Counted from the stretch's first letter, positions 16,498 through 27,065 are shown. The stretch: 64,000 nt of DNA from an uncultured Thermoleophilia bacterium (GCA_963705085.1 CAVPIV010000003.1:343729-407728), one strand, 5' to 3'. A program made the numbers and translations. The notes: a model not told the origin generated them from the letters alone.

Positions 16498-18977
16498 GGA
16501 CGCTGGCCACGCCTGCCCGAGACGTGCGGCGGCCGCCGCCGCAGCCTGGCCAGGTGATCGTCGAGATCGACGGCCAGGAGATCGCCTGCGATCGCGGCGA
16601 GACAGTCCTGGTGGCCGCGCGGCGGGCCGGCATCCACATCCCGACGCTGTGCCTCGAGCCGCGCCTGCCGGCCACCGGCGCCTGCCGTATGTGCGTCGTC
16701 GAGATCGAGGGCGCGCGCAAGGTGATGACCAGCTGCACGACGGCCGTCGCGGACGGTATGGTGGTGCGCACCAACACGCAGAAGCTGCGCGCCATGCGGC
16801 ACTTCTACCTTGAGTTGCTGCTGAGCGACCACAACTCCTTCTGCACCCCGCCGTGTCGCGATGCCTGCCCGACGCACATCAAGATCCCCCAGTTCCTCGA
16901 CTTCATCGCGCACCGCGACTACAAGAACGGCGTACGAAAGCTGCGAGAGGATCTGCCCTTCCCCGCCATTCTCGGTCGGGTCTGCCCGCGACCCTGCGAA
17001 GGACCATGCCGGCGCCAGCTCGTCGACCAGTCGATAACGATCTGCCAGCTGCATCGCTTCATGGCCGACCAGTGCCTCGACGAGGAGCAGGAGGGCGAAT
17101 TGCTGCTGCCGGTCGAGCCGAAGGCCGACACCGGCAAGAAGATCGCGATCGTCGGCGGCGGACCCGCCGGGCTCGCCGCCGCCTTCTACGCGCGGCTCGA
17201 GGGCCATGCGGTCAAGATCTTCGAAGCCATGCCCAAGCCGGGTGGGATGCTGCGCTACGGGATTCCGAGCTACCGGCTGCCGCGCGAAGTGCTGGAGAAG
17301 GAGATCAACGTACTCTGGCGCCTGGGAGTCGGGCTGCAGGCGAACACGAGGCTGGGGGTCGACCTCCAGCTCGAAGATCTGCTCGCGGAGTACGACGCCG
17401 TCTTCCTCGCCCTCGGGGCGTTCAACAGCAACGACATGGGGATCCCGGGCGAGGACGCCGACGGGGTCGTCAACGCGGTCGACTTCCTCGGCGAGCTCGA
17501 GCTCCACGGCGATGTGCACGTGGGCCGGCGGGTGACGGTCATCGGTGGCGGCTTCACCGCCATGGACGCCTGCCGGACCTCGGTGCGCAAGGGGGCCGAG
17601 GAGGTCACCTGTCTCTACCGGCGGTCACGCAAGGAGATGCCGGCGCACCACAGCGAAGTCGACGAGGCCGAGGAAGAAGGCGTCAGGCTCGAGCTCCTGT
17701 GCGCTCCCGTCCGGGTCGTGACGGACGAGGCCAACAAGGTGACGGGGATCGAGATGCAGCGCATGGAGCTCGGTGAGCCGGACGCATCGGGCCGGCGCCG
17801 CCCTGTCCCGCTGGATGGCTCCGAGTTCATCGTCGAGTGCGATCAGATCATCGCGGCGATCGGCCAGTATCCGCGGCTGGACGGGACGAGCGAGGAGCAG
17901 GGTGTCACCCGCACCAGGTGGCGCACGATCAAGGTTGACGACTGGACCTATCAGACCGCCGATCCGCGGGTCTTCGCCGGCGGCGACGTCGTGCTCGGAG
18001 CGCAGACGGTGGTCCAGGCGGTGGCCCAGGGCAAGAAGGCCGCCTGGAGCATGGACGCCTTCTTGCGAGGCGCCGATATGGCGGCCGTGACGGAGCAGCT
18101 CGCGCTCCTCAAGTCGGCGCCCTTCGTCGAGGCGCTGGCCGTCAGGGGCGACGTCGACCCGCGTATTGCGCGCATGGCCGAGATCCCGCCGGTGTTCATC
18201 GACATGACGACCGACGTGACCGGTCCGCTGCCGCCGGCCGAGATGCCGATGCTGACGCCGGGCGAACGCCGCGGCGACTTCCGGCAGATCGAGCTCGGCT
18301 TCGGCGAGGACGCCGCCGCCGAGGGCGCGGGACGGTGCCTCGACTGCTACTGCCCAGCGAACGGCGCCTGCGACCTGCAGCGGTACAGCATTGAGTACGA
18401 GGTCTTCCACAACCGCTTCCACGGCGGAGAGGCTCACAACTACCCCGCCGACTTTCGCCACGACTTCATCATGCGCGAGCCCAATCGCTGCATCAACTGC
18501 GGGCGCTGCGTACGCGTGTGCCGCAGCGAGGTCGGGGCGAGCTGCTACGACAACATGGGGCGGGGGTACGACGCCATCGTCAGCACCGCCGACAACCTGC
18601 CGCTGCAGATGGTCGGTTGCGTGTCGTGCGGCAAGTGCGCCGAGACGTGCCCAACGGGCGCGATCGTCACCAATCCGCGGAAGCTGGAGCGGTACGGGCT
18701 CGACTTCAGCCGCTGCATGTTCTGCGGCGAGTGCGTCGAGGTCTGCCCGTACGACGCGCTCGAACAGAGGAGCTTCTTCGAGCTCGCGGACTTCAGTCGC
18801 GGCGCGCTCGCCGCCGAGTCGCTGTACGTACGGGAGCCGCGCCCTGTCGACCTGCTGCGCGAGACGGTGACCGATCTGGTGCCGCACGTCCTCGACGCGG
18901 AGCTCGGCCGTGGCTGGGTATGGGAGCCCATCAAGGACGATCCCGTGCGCCTTGACGGCGAGGAGGGTGAGTGCTGA
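16494..18977 (+). CDS. Multi-domain Fe-S flavoprotein: N-terminal NuoG/HydA-like [2Fe-2S] ferredoxin domain, GltD/NfnB-like FAD/NAD(P)H domain, and C-terminal NuoG-like His/[4Fe-4S] clusters plus a NuoI-like 2x[4Fe-4S] ferredoxin tail
   Basis: Start uncertain (GTG 16494 or GTG 16521). N-terminus IVEIDGQEIACDRGETV...CLEPRLPATGACRMCVVE. GltD-like CTPPCRDACPTHIKIPQF...GRVCPRPCEGPCRRQ, KKIAIVGGGPAGLAAAFY. C-terminus RCLDCYCPANGACDLQ, RCINCGRCVRVCRSEVG...GRGYDA, CVSCGKCAETCPTGAIVTNPRKLERYGLDFSRCMFCGECVEVCPYDALEQRSFFELADF. The last part aligns to the NuoI core and tail (ERY...RCIFCGLCEEACP...DFEMADY). Confidence 0.75.
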   Translation: MRTLATPARDVRRPPPQPGQVIVEIDGQEIACDRGETVLVAARRAGIHIPTLCLEPRLPATGACRMCVVEIEGARKVMTSCTTAVADGMVVRTNTQKLRAMRHFYLELLLSDHNSFCTPPCRDACPTHIKIPQFLDFIAHRDYKNGVRKLREDLPFPAILGRVCPRPCEGPCRRQLVDQSITICQLHRFMADQCLDEEQEGELLLPVEPKADTGKKIAIVGGGPAGLAAAFYARLEGHAVKIFEAMPKPGGMLRYGIPSYRLPREVLEKEINVLWRLGVGLQANTRLGVDLQLEDLLAEYDAVFLALGAFNSNDMGIPGEDADGVVNAVDFLGELELHGDVHVGRRVTVIGGGFTAMDACRTSVRKGAEEVTCLYRRSRKEMPAHHSEVDEAEEEGVRLELLCAPVRVVTDEANKVTGIEMQRMELGEPDASGRRRPVPLDGSEFIVECDQIIAAIGQYPRLDGTSEEQGVTRTRWRTIKVDDWTYQTADPRVFAGGDVVLGAQTVVQAVAQGKKAAWSMDAFLRGADMAAVTEQLALLKSAPFVEALAVRGDVDPRIARMAEIPPVFIDMTTDVTGPLPPAEMPMLTPGERRGDFRQIELGFGEDAAAEGAGRCLDCYCPANGACDLQRYSIEYEVFHNRFHGGEAHNYPADFRHDFIMREPNRCINCGRCVRVCRSEVGASCYDNMGRGYDAIVSTADNLPLQMVGCVSCGKCAETCPTGAIVTNPRKLERYGLDFSRCMFCGECVEVCPYDALEQRSFFELADFSRGALAAESLYVREPRPVDLLRETVTDLVPHVLDAELGRGWVWEPIKDDPVRLDGEEGEC

Positions 18978-19489
18978 TGCCCGGCGGCGACTTCCATCCG
19001 TGGCTCTTCGTCATCGTCGCCGCCTGGGTGCTGATCTGCGCCCTCGGCGTCGTCGCCGCGAAGAAGGTCATGTACTCGGCCGTGTCGATGGTCCTCTGCT
19101 TCCTTGGGATCGCCTTCGCGTACGCGCTGCTCAACGCCGAGCTCGTGGCCGTCATGCAGTTGCTGGTGTACGTAGGCGCGATCTCCATCGTGATCATCTT
19201 CGCGATCATGCTCACCGAGGTGCAGGAGGGCGGCTATCGGCTGTTCTTCAACCGGCAGGCAGTCGCTGCCGCGGTGCTGGCCGCCGTCGGCGCCGTGGCG
19301 GTCGTGGCGGCGATCGTGACCGACGATACCGGCACGGCGGCGACGGAGACGCTCAGCCCGGGTGTGAGGGAGCTCTCCGCCCTCCTCTTCAACCGCTACG
19401 TGCTGCCCTTCGAGGTCATCTCGCTCGTGCTGCTGGCGGCGATGATCGGCGCCATCGTCCTGGCCCGCAAGCAGGAGGAACGGCGATGA
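18977..19489 (+). CDS. nuoJ: NADH-quinone oxidoreductase subunit J
   Basis: ATG 18977 overlaps the upstream stop (TGATG), with AGGAGGG 10 nt upstream. 170 aa, 5 TM. Confidence 0.8.
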   Translation: MPGGDFHPWLFVIVAAWVLICALGVVAAKKVMYSAVSMVLCFLGIAFAYALLNAELVAVMQLLVYVGAISIVIIFAIMLTEVQEGGYRLFFNRQAVAAAVLAAVGAVAVVAAIVTDDTGTAATETLSPGVRELSALLFNRYVLPFEVISLVLLAAMIGAIVLARKQEERR

Positions 19490-19794
19490 GCGCTCTCACC
19501 TGGTGGCTGGCCCTGGCCGTGGCGCTCTTCTTCATCGGCGCCTACGGCGTGCTCGCCCGGCGCAACGTGATCGTCGTCGTGATGAGCCTGGAGATCATGC
19601 TGAGCGCGGTGAACATCGCGCTGGTGGCGATCTCCTCGTTCCGCACGGGCGTCCCCGGCGGCGGCGCCGTGTTCGCGCTGTTCATCATCGCGCTGGCGGC
19701 CGCCGAGGTGACGGTTGGCATGGCCATCATCGTCGCGAACTATCGGCATCGGCGCACCATCCAGGCCGACCGGTACGACGAGCTCAAGGGCTAG
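19486..19794 (+). CDS. nuoK: NADH-quinone oxidoreductase subunit K
   Basis: ATGA overlap with nuoJ; 102 aa; MSALTWWLALAVALFFIGAYGVLARRNVIVVVMSLEIMLSAVNIALVA. Confidence 0.85.
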   Translation: MSALTWWLALAVALFFIGAYGVLARRNVIVVVMSLEIMLSAVNIALVAISSFRTGVPGGGAVFALFIIALAAAEVTVGMAIIVANYRHRRTIQADRYDELKG

Positions 19795-19818
19795 CGGGCG
19801 AAGGCGCAGAGGCAAGCC

Positions 19819-21715
19819 ATGACCTGGATCGTCGCGCTCATACCGTTGCTGCCGTTGGCCGGGTTCATCATCACGCTGCTCGTCGGCAAGCGACTCAGGC
19901 TGCAGGCGCACCTGGTGCCGACCGCGTTCGTCACAGTCTCGGCGGCGCTCTCGGTGGCCGCGTTCGTCTGGGCGCTCGGCCACGAGGGCGAGGTGTTCAT
20001 CTACCAGCCCTTCACGTGGATCACGGCTGGGACCTTCGACGCTCAGTGGGGTTTCCAGGTCGACAGCCTGACGGGGATCATGCTGCTCGTCGTCGGACCG
20101 ATCGGCATGCTCGTGCACTACTACTCGATCGGCTACATGAAGGAGGACCCGGGCTACTACCGGTTCTTCGCCTACCTCAATCTCTTCATGTTCGCCATGT
20201 TCATGCTGATCCTGGCCGACAACTACCTGCTGATGTTCCTCGGCTGGGAGGGCGTCGGCCTCTGCTCGTACCTGCTGATCGCCTTCTGGTACCGCAAGAA
20301 GAGCGCCAGCCAGGCGGGCAAGAAAGCCTTCCTTGTCAACCGTGTCGGCGACTTCGGCTTCACGCTCGGCATGTTCCTCATCTTCGTGACGACCGGCACG
20401 CTGCAGTTCGCGGGCGTCTTCGAGCGTGCCGACGCGGGCGACATCGGCGCCACGACGCTGACCTGGATCTGCCTGCTCCTCTTCGTCGGCGCCGTGGGCA
20501 AGAGCGCGCAGTTCCCGCTGCACGTCTGGCTGCCGGACGCCATGGAGGGTCCTACGCCGGTCAGCGCGCTCATCCATGCGGCGACGATGGTGAACGCCGG
20601 CGTGTACATGGTGGCGCGCTCCTATCCGCTGTTCCTGCACAGCGAGGCGGCGCTGGGCGTGGTCATGGTCATCGGCACGTTCACGGCGATCTACGCCGCC
20701 TTCATCGCCCTCACCCAGACCGACATCAAGAGGGTCATCGCCTACTCGACGATCTCGTCGCTCGGCTTCATGTTCATGGCCCTGGGCGCCGGCGCCTGGG
20801 TGGCCGGCATCTTCTACCTGTTCGCTCACGGCTTCTTCAAGGGGCTGCTCTTCCTCTGCTCGGGGTCGGTCATCCACGGGATGTCCGGGGAGCAGGACAT
20901 GCGGCTCATGGGCGGCCTGCGACGGAAGCTGCCGATCACCTTCTGGACGATGCTGATCGGGGCGCTGGCCATGGTCGGCGTCTTCCCCTTCGCGGGGTTC
21001 TGGGCCAAAGACGAGATTCTCGCCGGCGCCTTCCATCAGTCGATCGTGGTTTGGACCGTGGGCATCGTGACGGCCTTCCTCACGGCGATCTACATGTTCC
21101 GCCTCATGTTCATGACCTTCTGGGGCGAGTGCCGCGCCGGCAGCGTGACCAAGGCTCACATCCACGAGTCCCGCGCCGTGATGACCGTGCCCCTCGTGCT
21201 GCTCGCGGTACCGGCGGCGCTGCTTGGTCTTCTGGTCGGCTGGCCGCCTGAAGGGGGCTGGCTCCACGCCTTCCTCGAGCCGGTCTTCTTCGAACTGGAG
21301 CACGAGGAGTTCCGTTGGCTTGGTACCGGCGGCCTGCTGATGGCGCTCTCTCTCGCCGTCGTGCTGGTGGGGATCGCCGTCGCCTACCGTCTCTACGTCC
21401 GGGACGTTGCAGTCCCCGACAGGCTGGCCAGGCGGCTCCCGGGCGTGTACCGGGCCTCCCTCAACAAGCTGTACATGGACGAGCTCTACGAAGGTCGTGC
21501 CGATCCGCAGCACCGTCGCCGCGGCGCGGTGGCTCTGGACGTTCTTCGACGTCAAGGTCATCGACGGCGCCGTCAACGGCGTCGCCCGGGTCTGGGAACT
21601 GGCCGGCGAGCGGTTGCGCCCGCTGCAGACCGGCCGCGTGCAGAACTACGCCCTGTCCATGCTCGTCGGCATGGTGATCCTGGTCGTCGTCTTCGCCTGG
21701 GTGTGGGTGGCCTGA
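19819..21715 (+). CDS. nuoL: NADH-quinone oxidoreductase subunit L (one apparent 1-nt frameshift near 21493)
   Basis: Frame 1 runs to ...LNKLYMDELYE. Frame 2 continues VVPIRSTVAAARWLWTFFDVKVIDGAVNGVA...QNYALSML to the stop at 21713-21715. A single missing base in gaa(a)ag restores the full-length protein. Confidence 0.75.
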
Positions 21716-23303
21716 TGGGCTGGCAGGATCAGATCGGCTTCCCCATCCTGTCCGTCATCACCTACCTGCCGCTGCTCGGCGTGCTCGTGATCCTGCTGGC
21801 CGGGAACGGTCGGCCCGTCGTGTACAAGGCCATCTCGCTGGTCGTGACCCTGGCGGCGCTCGTGCTTGCCGTGGTGATGCTGCTGGCCTTCGACACCGTC
21901 GCCCCCGGCCTGCAGTTCGTCGAGGACGTCGCCTGGATCCCGTCGCTCAACATCCGCTACGGCTTCGGCGTCGACGGCATCAGCGCCCTCCTCATCTTTC
22001 TCACGGCGCTGCTCGGCGTGATCGTGGTCGTGGCCAGCTGGCACTACGCCAAGCAGCGCGAGATGGGGTTCTTCGTCTCACTCCTGCTGCTGCAGGCGGG
22101 CATGGTCGGCGTGTTCTGCGCCACCGATCTCTTCCTGTTCTACGTGTTCTGGGAGGCATGCTGGTGCCGATGTACTTCCTCATCGGCATCTGGGGCGGCC
22201 CCGGCGTGTCTACGCGGCGATCAAGTTCTTCCTCTTCACCCTGGTCGGCAGCCTGCTGATGCTGGTCGCCATCGTCGTCGTCGTGTACTACAGTGCAACG
22301 ACGCTCGCGGGGTCCTCACGTTCGACATCCGGGAGCTGAGCGCGCAGGCCTATTCCTACCGCTGCAGTTCTGGGCCTTCCTCGCCTTCTTCCTGGCGTTC
22401 GCCATCAAGGTGCCCATGTTCCCGGTCCACACCTGGCTGCCGGACGCCCACGTGGAGGCGCCGATGGCAGGCTCGGTGATCCTGGCGGGCGTGCTCCTGA
22501 AGATGGGCGGGTACGGCATGCTGCGCTTCTGCCTGCCCTTCTTCCCCGACGCCGCGGTGACTTCGCGCCGTTCATCGTCATCCTCTCGGTGATCGCGATC
22601 GTCTACGGCGCCCTGGTCTCGCTCGCCAGAAGGACCTCAAGAAGCTGGTGGCCTACTCGAGCGTCAGCCACATGGGCTTCGTGACGGCCGGCATCTTCGC
22701 CTCCATCGTGATCGCCGGCAACGCGGTGGGCATGGAGGGCGCCATCCTCGTGATGTTCAGCCACGGCGTCCTCACCGGCGCCCTGTTCCTCATGGTCGGG
22801 CTTCCTGTACGAGCGCACGCATACCCGGCAGCTCGCCGAGATGGCCATGCTGGCCACGCCGTTGCCGGTCACCGGCGGGGTTCCTGCTGTTCTTCGCCCT
22901 GGGCTCGCTCGGCCTGCCCGGCCTGAGCGGGTTCGTCGGGGAGTTCCTCAGCCTGCTCGGGCTGTTCCAGTACTCATCATGGCTGACGGCGATCGCCGCG
23001 CTGGGCGTCATTCTGGCGGCTGCCTATCTGCTCTGGATGTACCAGCGGGTGATGTTCAACGACCGTGGCGACGTTGACTTCGTCACGCCCTCCATCGGCC
23101 TGCAGGACTCGGCGCTCGCGAGATCGTCTCGCTGCTGCCCCTGGTCGTGCTTCGCGGTCTGGCCCGGGGTCTACCCGAACACGTTCCTCGACTTCCTGCA
23201 CGTGCCGGTGCGCGAGATCCTCGATCAGGTCGATGCCGTCGCTCGACGCCGCTCGCTCCGACGGGCTGGCGCAGCTCCTGTCTCCGCCAAGGCGATCTTC
23301 TGA
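21715..23303 (+). pseudogene. nuoM: NADH-quinone oxidoreductase subunit M, interrupted by multiple 1-nt frameshifts (probable sequencing errors)
   Basis: NuoM segments recovered in three frames: MGWQDQIGFPILSVITYLPLL.../MLVPMYFLIGIWGG.../[38 protein letters not shown].../[16 protein letters not shown].../LWMYQRVMFNDRGD. Shifts fall in G/C homopolymer runs. Confidence 0.7.
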
Positions 23304-24890
23304 TGTACGCCAACAACTCGGTCGACGATCATTCTGCCCGTGCGTCGTCCTGGCGCTCGCGGCGGCGGCGGTCTTCGCCGTCGACCTGTTCGTGGAACGC
23401 AAGGCCGCGCTCGCCTGGCTGGCCGGCGCCGGCCTGCTTGGCGCCGCGGCGGTCGCTGTGGGGCAGTGGCTGGCGATGGCCGACGGCGTCGCGGGCGGGC
23501 AGTCGCCCGAGGTCGGCTTCGCCGGCATGGTCGCGCTCGACGAGTACGCGCTCTTCGGGGTCGTCCTGTTCGCCGCGATCGGCGTGTTGACGATCATGCT
23601 CTCGGACTCCTATCTGGCCCGGCGCCGGGCGGCGCGCGGCGAGTTCTACGGCCTGCTGCTGCTGGTCGTGACCGGCATGGTCGGCATGGTCGCGAGCACC
23701 GACATCATCATGTTCTTCATCTCGTTCGAGCTGATGTCGCTGCCCACGTACGTCCTGGCCGGCTACCTGTGGCGGGATGAGCGCTCCGGGGAGGCGTCGC
23801 TCAAGTACTTCGTCAACGGCGCGTTCTCCTCGGCGATCCTCGCTTTCGGTCTGGCGCTCCTGTACGGGGCGACCGGCCAGACCAACTACGGGGCCATCGC
23901 CGAGAGGCTCGCGACGGCGCTCACCCCGGTCGGGACGACGGGTTGCTCGTCGTCGCCCTCGTCCTCACGGTGACCGGCTTCGGCTTCAAAGTGTCGACGG
24001 TGCCCTTCCACGGCTGGGCGCCCGACGTCTACGAGGGTGCCCCTACGCCGGTCACGACATTCATGTCGGTGGGCATCAAGGCGGCGGCCTTCGCCGGATT
24101 CGCGCGGCTGTTCACGGTGGCCGTCGGCGACGGAGTGGGCGACGTGGGGCAACGCCATGATCGTCCTTGCGGTGCTCACGATGATCGTCGGGAACGTTCT
24201 CGCTCTGCCGCAGCGCAATCTCAAGCGGATGCTTGCCTACTCCAGCATCGCCCACGCCGGCTACCTGCTGCTGGGCCTCATCGTCGCGGGTCGCGGCGAC
24301 GGCGCGCTCGGCGTCGTCGGCCGTCCTCTTCTACCTGGCGGCCTACGCCTTCATGAACCTCGGGGCGTTCGGCATCCTGATCTGGATCCGCAACCGACGC
24401 CCGTTCGACTACACCCTGGACGAGATCAGCCGGCCTCGGGCGGCTCGATGCCGTGGGCCGGCGATCTGTCATGGCCGCTGTTCATGCTGTCGCTGACGGG
24501 CATCCCGCCGATGGTCGGGTTCTGGGGCAAGTTCTACCTCTTCACGGCGGTCGTGAGGCCGGCTACACCTGGCTGGCCATCGTTGCCGTGATCATGAGCG
24601 CCGTGTCGGCCTTCTACTACCTGCGCGTCGTCTGGTACATGTACTTCCGCGAGGCGCAGGATCAGCAGGCGGGCGGGCCGGCGGACGAGCTCGCGGCGCC
24701 CCTTCGCGACGGGCCGTCGGGCGTGCCGAGCGCGGACGCGCCCGCTGAGTCCCGGGCCGGTCGAGCGCGGCGCTTCGCCGCCGTCGGCCTGGCGGCGGCG
24801 GGCGTGCTCGCCTTCGGCCTCTTCCCGGAACCGCTGCTCAACGCCACCGAGGTCGCTGTCCGGCTGATCCTCGCGGCTGACGGCCGGCGG
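23303..24890 (+). pseudogene. nuoN: NADH-quinone oxidoreductase subunit N, interrupted by multiple frameshifts (probable sequencing errors)
   Basis: ATG 23303 overlaps the nuoM stop (TGATG). NuoN segments in alternating frames: ...VVLALAAAAVFAVDLF.../MFFISFELMSLPTYVLAGY.../[36 protein letters not shown].../[16 protein letters not shown].../[21 protein letters not shown]. The 3' end is uncertain. Confidence 0.65.
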
Positions 24891-24935
24891 GTGACGCCGG
24901 CTGCGGCGGTGAGGCGTCACCGTGCCGCCGGCGAT
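24888..24935. terminator. Imperfect long hairpin between nuoN and the ymdB-like gene
   Basis: ccggcgggtgacgcc...ggcgtcaccgtgccgccgg inverted repeat. Confidence 0.3.
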
Positions 24936-24950
24936 AGGTACACTACTCTC

Positions 24951-25724
24951 ATGAGGATCCTGTTCGTCGGCGACGTGTTCGGGCAGCCCGGGCGGGACGC
25001 GGTCCTGCGCTGGCTCCCGGGCTTCCGCGACGGAGCGCGCCGTCGACTTCGTGATCGCCAACGGCGAGAACATCGCCAACGGCGCCGGCATCACCTCGAA
25101 GCTCGCCCTCAAGCTGCTGGCCGCCGGCATCGACGTGATCACGACCGGCAACCACGTCTGTCGCCAGCGAGAGGTCTACCGCTTCCTGAACGTCGACGAT
25201 CGCATCGTGCGGCCGGCCAACTACCCCGCCGAGCTCCCGGGCCGGGGCCTGACCGTCCGTCCGGCCGCGGACGGCAGCGAGGTCGCCGTGGTCAATCTCG
25301 CCGGCGGGCTCTTCATGGGCAGCGGCATGTCGCCGTTCCGCCTCGTCGACCGCCTCGTCGAGAAGCGATCGGGATGGCGGAGACGGTCGTCGTCGACCTG
25401 CACGCCGAGGCGACAAGCGAGAAGGTTGCCATGGGGCACTACCTCGACGGGCGCGTCACGGCGCTCATCGGGACGCACACGCACGTGCAGACCTCCGATG
25501 CCCGCGTCCTCCCCGGAGGCACCGCCTACATCACCGACGTCGGCATGACCGGCGCGCTCGAGTCCGTCATCGGCGTCCGCACCGACATCATCATTCAGCG
25601 CTTCCTCACGGAGCTGCCCGCGCAGTTCGAGGTGGCAGACGGCGCCGTTCGTCTCAACGCCGTGCTTGTCGATGGCCAGGCGGGCCGGGCCACGGGCATC
25701 GAGACGATCGAGGCGATCCTCTAG
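24951..25724 (+). pseudogene. YmdB-like (TIGR00282) metallophosphoesterase/2',3'-cyclic-nucleotide phosphodiesterase, with about 2 frameshifts
   Basis: [18 protein letters not shown]... then, in other frames, [37 protein letters not shown]... and [38 protein letters not shown]... Confidence 0.65.
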
Positions 25725-25757
25725 CAGGTGCGGGCCGCCCGGCGGCGCCGGAGCTCG

Positions 25758-27065
25758 CTACCGGGCGTTCTCGTTGCGCAGGTCCAGCACGCGCTTCGTC
25801 TTGCCTGGGGTCCGCTCGATCGCGCCGGGTTCGACGAGGGTGATGCGAGCCCGGAGTCCGAGGACGGACTGGAGCTTGTTGGCGACGCCCTGCTGGAACT
25901 CCACCATCGCCGCCATGCTGTCCGAGAAGACGTTCTCCTCGACCTCGAGCCGAACCTCGAGATCGTCGAGGTTCTTCTTGCGATCGACGACGATGAGGTA
26001 GTGGGGGCGCACGCCCTCGATCCGGAAGAGCACGTCCTCGATCTGGCTCGGGAACACGTTGACGCCGCGAATGATGAGCATGTCGTCGGTGCGCTGCCGC
26101 ACCTTGCTCATCCGTACCAGCGTGCGCCCGCACTCGCAGCGGGAGGGATCCAGGACCGTCAGGTCGCGGGTGCGGTAGCGCAGAACGGGGAAGGCCTCCT
26201 TGGTGAGGGTGGTGATCACCAGCTCACCCTGCCGTCCGTACTCGAGCGCCTCCCCGGTGGCCGGGTCCACGACCTCGACCAGCAGGTGGTCCTCGTTGAG
26301 GTGCAGACCGCAGGAGCACTCGCACTCGCCGGCGACGCCGGGGCCCATCACCTCGGACAAGCCGTAGTTGTCGGTGGCGCGGATGACGAGCCGGGACTCG
26401 ATCTCCTGCTTCATCTTGTCAGAGCACGGCTCGCCGCCAAAGAGACCCAGTCTGAGCTTCAGCTTCGAGAAGTCGACGCCGAGCGCCTCGCCCTGCTCCG
26501 CCAGGTACAGGGCGTAGGACGGCGTCGACACCAGGGCCGTCGTGCCGAAGTCCTCCATCATGAGGAGGTGACGCTCGGTCTGGCCGGCCCCGGCCGGGAT
26601 GATCGTCGCGCCGATGCGCTCGATGCCGTAGTGCATACCCCAGCCGCCCGTGAACATGCCGTACTGAAACGCCATCTGCACGAAGTCGCCGCGGTGGACG
26701 CCGGCCGCGGCGGCGACCCGGGCCGTGCACTCCGTCCAGGTGTTGATGTCGCCCCGGGAGTAGCCGACCACGATCGGCTTGCCGGTGGTGCCCGACGAGG
26801 AGTGGATGCGGACCACCTCTTCCAGCGGCAGAGCGAACATGCCGAACGGATACGTGTCGCGCAGCGCCGACTTGTCCGTGAACGGAAGGCGGCGGACGTC
26901 GTCGAGGGAGCGGATGTCTCGCGGCCGGACGCCGCGTTCGTCCATGCGGTCCCTGTAGTACGAGACCCGCTCGTACGCCCACGAGGTGGTCATTTGCAGA
27001 CGCCGCAACTGCAGTTCGTGCAGCGCCGTCCGGTCCATGGTCTCGTACTCCGGGTTCCAGATCAT
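25758..27065 (-). CDS. Phenylacetate-CoA ligase family protein (second PaaK paralog)
   Basis: 435 aa; RLPFTDKSALRDTYPFGMF, SSGTTGKPI, YGLSEVMGPG. Confidence 0.85.
   Translation of the reverse strand: MIWNPEYETMDRTALHELQLRRLQMTTSWAYERVSYYRDRMDERGVRPRDIRSLDDVRRLPFTDKSALRDTYPFGMFALPLEEVVRIHSSSGTTGKPIVVGYSRGDINTWTECTARVAAAAGVHRGDFVQMAFQYGMFTGGWGMHYGIERIGATIIPAGAGQTERHLLMMEDFGTTALVSTPSYALYLAEQGEALGVDFSKLKLRLGLFGGEPCSDKMKQEIESRLVIRATDNYGLSEVMGPGVAGECECSCGLHLNEDHLLVEVVDPATGEALEYGRQGELVITTLTKEAFPVLRYRTRDLTVLDPSRCECGRTLVRMSKVRQRTDDMLIIRGVNVFPSQIEDVLFRIEGVRPHYLIVVDRKKNLDDLEVRLEVEENVFSDSMAAMVEFQQGVANKLQSVLGLRARITLVEPGAIERTPGKTKRVLDLRNENAR

Noticed and set aside
21490-25400. Programmed ribosomal frameshifting or genuine pseudogenisation of nuoL/M/N
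   Set aside because: There are too many shifts (about 12). They sit at homopolymers, the adjacent unrelated gene is also affected, and similar isolated indels occur elsewhere. A sequencing/assembly error is the far simpler explanation.
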